Below, piece after piece: positions 59,069-64,000 of a stretch of 64,000 bases of DNA (positions are counted from its first letter, which is position 1; each line of letters begins with the position of its first letter). The notes below the pieces were generated by a model. It saw nothing but the letters and a program-made list of their open reading frames with translations, did no database searches and was not told where the DNA came from. Both the position numbers and the translations under genes were made by a program. The stretch is from Nitrospirota bacterium (GTDB lineage Bacteria > Nitrospirota > Nitrospiria > Nitrospirales > NS-4): the NCBI GenBank assembly GCA_963788195.1, contig CAWBGA010000017.1, positions 816,451 through 880,450 of the forward strand, given 5' to 3'.

Positions 59069-60285
59069 CCCAGTTCTGTTGCTAACTCCTTCAGAAACGA
59101 TGCAGCATCCATGACCAGTCCCGCCGCTTGCAGGCTTCCACGGTCGGCGAGCTTCGTAGGCACGGCAGGATTGATATCCACGCAGACAGTGGGGACCATG
59201 GCGGGCAGGAGATTTCCAGTCGCGACGGCATGGAGCGTCGATGCGACCAGAATGGCGAGTCCGACCCCTGAAATAGCGGCCCGCATGGCGGATTGCGCCT
59301 TCACTGAATCGGTGATGACGCCGGGCAATGGACCATCATCCCGAATCGTGCCGGCCATGACGACCTCCACATTTTGGCGAACGCAGGCTGCCATGATTCC
59401 TTCCGTAATCACCCCCTGTCGCACCGCCTCTTGTATGCTTCCGATGGCCCGAATCCGATTAATGGTTCGAAGATGATGCTCATGACCATGATGCGCGGTC
59501 CTTCCGTCCTCCAACTGAAAGCCCAGCGAGGTGCCGTACAGGTGGGCTTCCATATCATGCGCGGCGAGCGCATTTCCGCAAAACAACACCTGAATATAGC
59601 CGGATTCGATCAGCCAGGTCAGCGCGTCGCGGCCACCCCCATGGACAATCGCGGGACCTCCGGCAAGGAGAACTCTCCCCTGACCGTCGCGCAGAGCCTG
59701 CATGCGTCTCGCAATGTCTGCGATGACATGCCCATGAGGTCGCTCCGATGATACGGCGGATTCCATAAACCCAAATACGTCCAGTTTGGTGGGTCGTTCC
59801 AGAGGCGTGACTCGAATGCCATCACGCCCGACGACGATTCGGTCGGACTTTCTCACATCCGCCATCGGCACCGTCGTCGCGCAAGGTGTATCCGATTCAT
59901 GCATGCTCAGTCGGATGCCTAGATCCATTTCGATCCCTGTCACCGGGATCCATTGCCCTGAGAGTCTGAGCTCAGTCACGAGATTGGTTGTGGCATAGAA
60001 GTCATCAGGAAAGACTCCATCAGCAGGCGCCGGCCTCCAGGTACAATCCGCGAGGGACTCAATACTCGCGCCGTGCGCATGGACCTCACTCAGTATCTGC
60101 GAAAGTTGCTGAGGGCTGTCCGCTAGAATAACGATGCGCGCGGACGAAGATTCCTGGCGTGTCCTCCCGACCTGGACGTCCGCAATTTGAAATGTCCCGC
60201 CGAACTTGAGAATGAGGTCGAGGACTTTCGGAAGGAGGAGGGAGTCTATAATATGTCCACGAAGAAGGACGGTTTCACGTACCAT
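59056..60285 (-). CDS. LOR/SDH bifunctional-domain protein (TIGR00300 family, ornithine cyclodeaminase-like)
   Basis: GHIIDS, DGVFPDDFYAT, AVSSER, AGTIRDDGPLP, KLADRGS; start MVRET. Confidence 0.87.
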   Translation of the reverse strand: MVRETVLLRGHIIDSLLLPKVLDLILKFGGTFQIADVQVGRTRQESSSARIVILADSPQQLSQILSEVHAHGASIESLADCTWRPAPADGVFPDDFYATTNLVTELRLSGQWIPVTGIEMDLGIRLSMHESDTPCATTVPMADVRKSDRIVVGRDGIRVTPLERPTKLDVFGFMESAVSSERPHGHVIADIARRMQALRDGQGRVLLAGGPAIVHGGGRDALTWLIESGYIQVLFCGNALAAHDMEAHLYGTSLGFQLEDGRTAHHGHEHHLRTINRIRAIGSIQEAVRQGVITEGIMAACVRQNVEVVMAGTIRDDGPLPGVITDSVKAQSAMRAAISGVGLAILVASTLHAVATGNLLPAMVPTVCVDINPAVPTKLADRGSLQAAGLVMDAASFLKELATELGWQK

Positions 60286-60322
60286 GGCCGTTTCCGGTTG
60301 GGGTTGATCCGCCCGGTCACAA

Positions 60323-61828
60323 TCAAAGCATATCACCCGAATGCGAGGCGTTCCATTTGCCTCCACGATGGCGCCTTCGCCAGCGACCCCGTGCCCTGAG
60401 GACGTGGGTGGTGCTTCGCGCGGTCAAGGCTGATAGCCATTGCGGCGCAACCTCCCGGACCACCGCCACTTGGCGTGTTCCTTGAATAAGAGCGCCGGTG
60501 ATTGGCTTGACCAGGGGTAATTCCAAGCACAGATCGCCAAACGAGATGAGCTCAACATTGCGCGATTCTCGAAGCGATCTCAAAAGGCCGACCGAGACAA
60601 CGAGCCGGAGAAGGCCGGAGATGAGAAACACCACGGGAAGATTGGAGATGAGCTCGAGCTTGATCCCCCAGAGCCGGATTTCGGACGGAGCCACCGTAGC
60701 CAGCCAACCACCGAAGAGCGCGCCCAGACACCAACCAATCGCATTGACTGTGTTCCAGACTGCAATGCTTTTGGCGCGGTCTTCAATGTGAACCGAATCA
60801 AACAGGTAGTTTTGCAGCCCCATAGACAGACCGGCCCACACCACCCCAGCAAAGAAGTTCGCCGCCACGAGAAAGTAGAAGTTGCTGCTGACGATGTAGA
60901 CCATCGGCAGGAACGGCACAAGCAGTCCGCTCGTGACCAACACATTCTTGTTGCCGAACCGGTCTCCCAGGCGGCCCCAGGGTTTTAGCGTTAAGAATTG
61001 GCCGAGTACTCCGGATGCCATCCACGCGGCGTACATGGCATAGGTGAAGTGCAGATCGCGGAGCATGTACACGAGCAAATAGGGTCCCGCGATCAGTACA
61101 GACAGATGCATGAGTCCCGAAAACATCAGGAACCGTTGAAAATTCGAGCCGCGATGGTTGCGGAGAAATTCGAACAGCTTGAACTCGGTTTCGCAGGTGG
61201 GCGGGGCCGCAGTTTCATCAATCAGGGACAGATAGAGCGTTGACACCCCGCGAGCCAGCGCAGCAATCGTGAAAATAATCGCAAAGCCCAGCCACGGGTG
61301 GTGCCAGAGTTCGCTGAAATGCAGGATCAAACCCGCGGCACACAACACCAAAAAACTCGTGATGGCCATCAAACGTGCCCGGCGCCCGAAATAAATGCCA
61401 CGTTGATCAGGATCCACAAAGTCGGTGATGAGGCTGTTCCAGGCAGGGATCGCAAATTGTCCCATCGCCACATAGACGATCGTGCACGTTATGAGGAGCC
61501 AGGCGCCTTGGTCCGGAAACAACAACGGCAACGCCAGCAAGGGGAGCCACAAAATTGTCTGACCGATCGCTCCGGCAAGAATCAGGGATTTTCGACGTCC
61601 GGCATGTTGCAGGATTTTGAGGGAGAACAACTGAGCCCAGGTGCCGATTAATTGTGGTAACGCCGAGAGAAGTCCGATCTGGAAAGGACTCGCATGCAGG
61701 AGGAGAGCGAACGCCGACAGATAATTCTCGCCGCCGCCCTGCATAACGGCTTGGCACGCTCCGTCACGTATGCCGTAGCGACGGCTTCGCTCATCGACAT
61801 CGTCCATCTGTTTATCAGAGTCGGCCAT
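60323..61828 (-). CDS. MFS transporter
   Basis: About 12 TM segments, WGRLGDRFGNK motif; start MADSD. Confidence 0.85.
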   Translation of the reverse strand: MADSDKQMDDVDERSRRYGIRDGACQAVMQGGGENYLSAFALLLHASPFQIGLLSALPQLIGTWAQLFSLKILQHAGRRKSLILAGAIGQTILWLPLLALPLLFPDQGAWLLITCTIVYVAMGQFAIPAWNSLITDFVDPDQRGIYFGRRARLMAITSFLVLCAAGLILHFSELWHHPWLGFAIIFTIAALARGVSTLYLSLIDETAAPPTCETEFKLFEFLRNHRGSNFQRFLMFSGLMHLSVLIAGPYLLVYMLRDLHFTYAMYAAWMASGVLGQFLTLKPWGRLGDRFGNKNVLVTSGLLVPFLPMVYIVSSNFYFLVAANFFAGVVWAGLSMGLQNYLFDSVHIEDRAKSIAVWNTVNAIGWCLGALFGGWLATVAPSEIRLWGIKLELISNLPVVFLISGLLRLVVSVGLLRSLRESRNVELISFGDLCLELPLVKPITGALIQGTRQVAVVREVAPQWLSALTARSTTHVLRARGRWRRRHRGGKWNASHSGDML

Positions 61829-61981
61829 GTGAACCGGGAGGTAGGAGAAGCTGTGTGCGCCTCCGATAGTTATGTTATACCACTTTCGTAGTGGACTGGC
61901 AAATTCCCAAGCTTGGCCCACTACCAGGAAAAAGGAGACTTTGATGGCACGCAGAGTCGATGTAGAGGAACGGCTGGGTCC

Positions 61982-63220
61982 TTAGCTGCAGGACGCTTTT
62001 ATCTCGTTTCTTTCCTCAGCGGAGACGAGCGTCTCATCATCGGGGCAGATCGGGACGCCCCGAAGGGTTCTGAGCTCCTCGATTCTGTTCAAGGGCTTTT
62101 CCAGTTGCCGGCGCCGGACCGTCGAAAGCGCCTCATATTCCTTCATGGCATCCCCGAGTCTTCTGCCGAGCAGATCCCACTTGCAGACGAACTCATCCCA
62201 CTGTTTTTTAAACGCGCCCAGATGGGAGAGAACTTCATTGGAGGTTTTTTCCAGCGAGAAATTGTCTACCGCTTGCCGAATCACCGCGAGCACCGCGAAA
62301 AGTGTCATAGGTGAGCAAAAGAGGACTTTGTTCTTGATTCCGTCATCAAGAACCGAACAGTCGTGTTCGTGAATGAAGGCATAGATTTGTTCGTTGGGGA
62401 TAAATAACAAGACGTAATCGACGGTCACCTCCGAGTCGATATAATCTCGGGACGTGCACTCTTTAATGCGCGCTTTCACGTCCCGAAGAAAATCGGTCCG
62501 AAATTTAGCCTTCTCGGCATCCGACGGTGCCTCTAAGAACCGAAGATAATTGTCCAACGGAAATTTCACATCCATATGCAGCTTCAAGCTCTTCGGCAGA
62601 AGGAAGGTGAAATCGGGCCGCAGCCGGCCTGCGTCAATCGTCTTCTGCTTTACATAATTGACATTTTCTACAAGGCCGGCCAGCCGCAGAACATCCTCAG
62701 CCATACGCTCTCCCCACTGACCTCTGGCTTTCGTGCTTCCCAGCGCCTCGCGTAAACTGTTGGTGGTCTGCATCAGGGCCTGTGTCTGTTGGCTGGAAGT
62801 CTGCAGCTGGTTTGTGAGCTCGCCGAACTTCTGCGATCGGTCGCGCTCCAGATCCATCATGAGTTTTGAGACATTTTCAAGCTCGGAGGTCATACGAAGC
62901 AATTGCTGATCAATCAGCTCCTTCTTGGTTTCCAATGCTTGAGTATTACCCTGTCGTTCCGAATCCAGTTTCACTGCGGCGAGTTTAAGAAATTCTTCAG
63001 TGGATCTTGAAAGGGCGTCGAGGGAAAGCTTCCCAAAGCTGTCCTTGAGATTCTCCATGACGATACTCAGGCCAGCCTGACGCTGGAGTTCGCTCTCCCG
63101 GAACAGCTCTTGAGCGATCTCGGTGGCGGTCGTTCGCTGCATCAGTCGAAAGACCAGCATAATACCGAGGCCTACCATGACCCCCACCACAAATATCAGC
63201 AGTGTCCATACTGGGCTCAT
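61982..63220 (-). CDS. rmuC: DNA recombination protein RmuC
   Basis: N-terminal TM, coiled coil, RGQWGE, RPD, DVKFPL, LFIPNE. Confidence 0.92.
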   Translation of the reverse strand: MSPVWTLLIFVVGVMVGLGIMLVFRLMQRTTATEIAQELFRESELQRQAGLSIVMENLKDSFGKLSLDALSRSTEEFLKLAAVKLDSERQGNTQALETKKELIDQQLLRMTSELENVSKLMMDLERDRSQKFGELTNQLQTSSQQTQALMQTTNSLREALGSTKARGQWGERMAEDVLRLAGLVENVNYVKQKTIDAGRLRPDFTFLLPKSLKLHMDVKFPLDNYLRFLEAPSDAEKAKFRTDFLRDVKARIKECTSRDYIDSEVTVDYVLLFIPNEQIYAFIHEHDCSVLDDGIKNKVLFCSPMTLFAVLAVIRQAVDNFSLEKTSNEVLSHLGAFKKQWDEFVCKWDLLGRRLGDAMKEYEALSTVRRRQLEKPLNRIEELRTLRGVPICPDDETLVSAEERNEIKASCS

Positions 63221-63283
63221 AAAACAGACCCTAGCGCAACCTGTGGGGGTATGTCAAACAGGGCAACGCTATAGAGAGCTGTG

Positions 63284-64000
63284 TTACTCCTGACGAAGGA
63301 CGGGTAAGGGCTTCAGCCCCAGAATTCGAAACGTCGACAACACTCCTACACCGACAGTTATCACAACCGTGGCGACTATTCCGAAGGCCGTGGCAATGGG
63401 TTGGAAGAGCCAGCTGAGATCAAAAATCCAATACGCGATCCCCCAGGAGAGAATGGTAGCCAGTACCGCTCCCACCAATCCGGCAGCCGTTCCCAAGAGG
63501 CTATACTCTGCTAAAAACATGGCAGCCAGGGTCCGCCGACGCGCCCCAAGTGACTTGAGAATCATTGCATCATAGATCCGCTGATAGCGGTTGGCAGCCA
63601 AGGACCCTGCTAACACAATGAGCCCAGCCAAAATAGCTAGAATCGCCATAAGCCTGATGACGAGGCTGATTCGATCCACCACCCGTCCGACCGAGTCTAG
63701 AATATCTCGAATATTGATAGCAGAGACATTGGGAAAAGCCGCTACGACGGCCTGTTGCAGAGCCACCTCCTCGCCTGGCGCTACATGCGCCGTGGCCACG
63801 TAGGTCATTGGGGCACCAGCCAGAGCGCCCGGCTGGAAGATAAAATAAAAGTTTGTGGACATATTCCCCCAATCAACTTTTCTAAGGCTCGCCACCGTGG
63901 CCTTCACGACCGTCCCTTGAATATCAAATTCTACTGAGGAGCCTAAGTCTAAGCCGAGATGGCGGGCCGCCTCCTCTTCAACCGACACTTTTAGTGCGGC
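63284..64000 (-). CDS. FtsX-like ABC transporter permease (YbbP-like), C-terminal part
   Basis: SLRKVDW...NFYFIF, FPNVSAI, LKSLGA, PLPVLRQE; 5' end outside the window. Confidence 0.85.
   Translation of the reverse strand, partial: AALKVSVEEEAARHLGLDLGSSVEFDIQGTVVKATVASLRKVDWGNMSTNFYFIFQPGALAGAPMTYVATAHVAPGEEVALQQAVVAAFPNVSAINIRDILDSVGRVVDRISLVIRLMAILAILAGLIVLAGSLAANRYQRIYDAMILKSLGARRRTLAAMFLAEYSLLGTAAGLVGAVLATILSWGIAYWIFDLSWLFQPIATAFGIVATVVITVGVGVLSTFRILGLKPLPVLRQE

Overview
A GC-rich bacterial chromosomal segment. Gene content suggests Nitrospirota (inference, not proven). Most of it is housekeeping: thrC'-hom-alaC, uvrA, recN-trxA-lptD-folC-accD, moaA/moaD-E/moaC, folB fusion, lgt, queC, htrA, dksA, apt, acyP, htpX, ahpC, a polyamine/arginine cluster, rmuC, tRNA-Pro(CGG) and tRNA-Gln(TTG). 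Small accessory patches are interspersed. The most striking non-genic signal is a dispersed family of ~45-55 bp hairpin elements (CACCC-rich leader, 7-8 bp stem, CCNNGA loop, TTTTCCC tail). Their stems differ completely between copies but stay self-complementary, they insert into each other's loops (nested), they form composite clusters, and one ~190 bp nested stack lies in frame inside a NUDIX gene. Other highlights: a frameshifted island with a PilZ-aldehyde dehydrogenase fusion next to a 7TM histidine kinase, a split ArgZ-like arginine dihydrolase, a PHM-like copper monooxygenase candidate, a tRNA-linked 143 bp tandem repeat, and a small protein apparently starting at ATT. No CRISPR array, rRNA, transposase or integrase was recognised.
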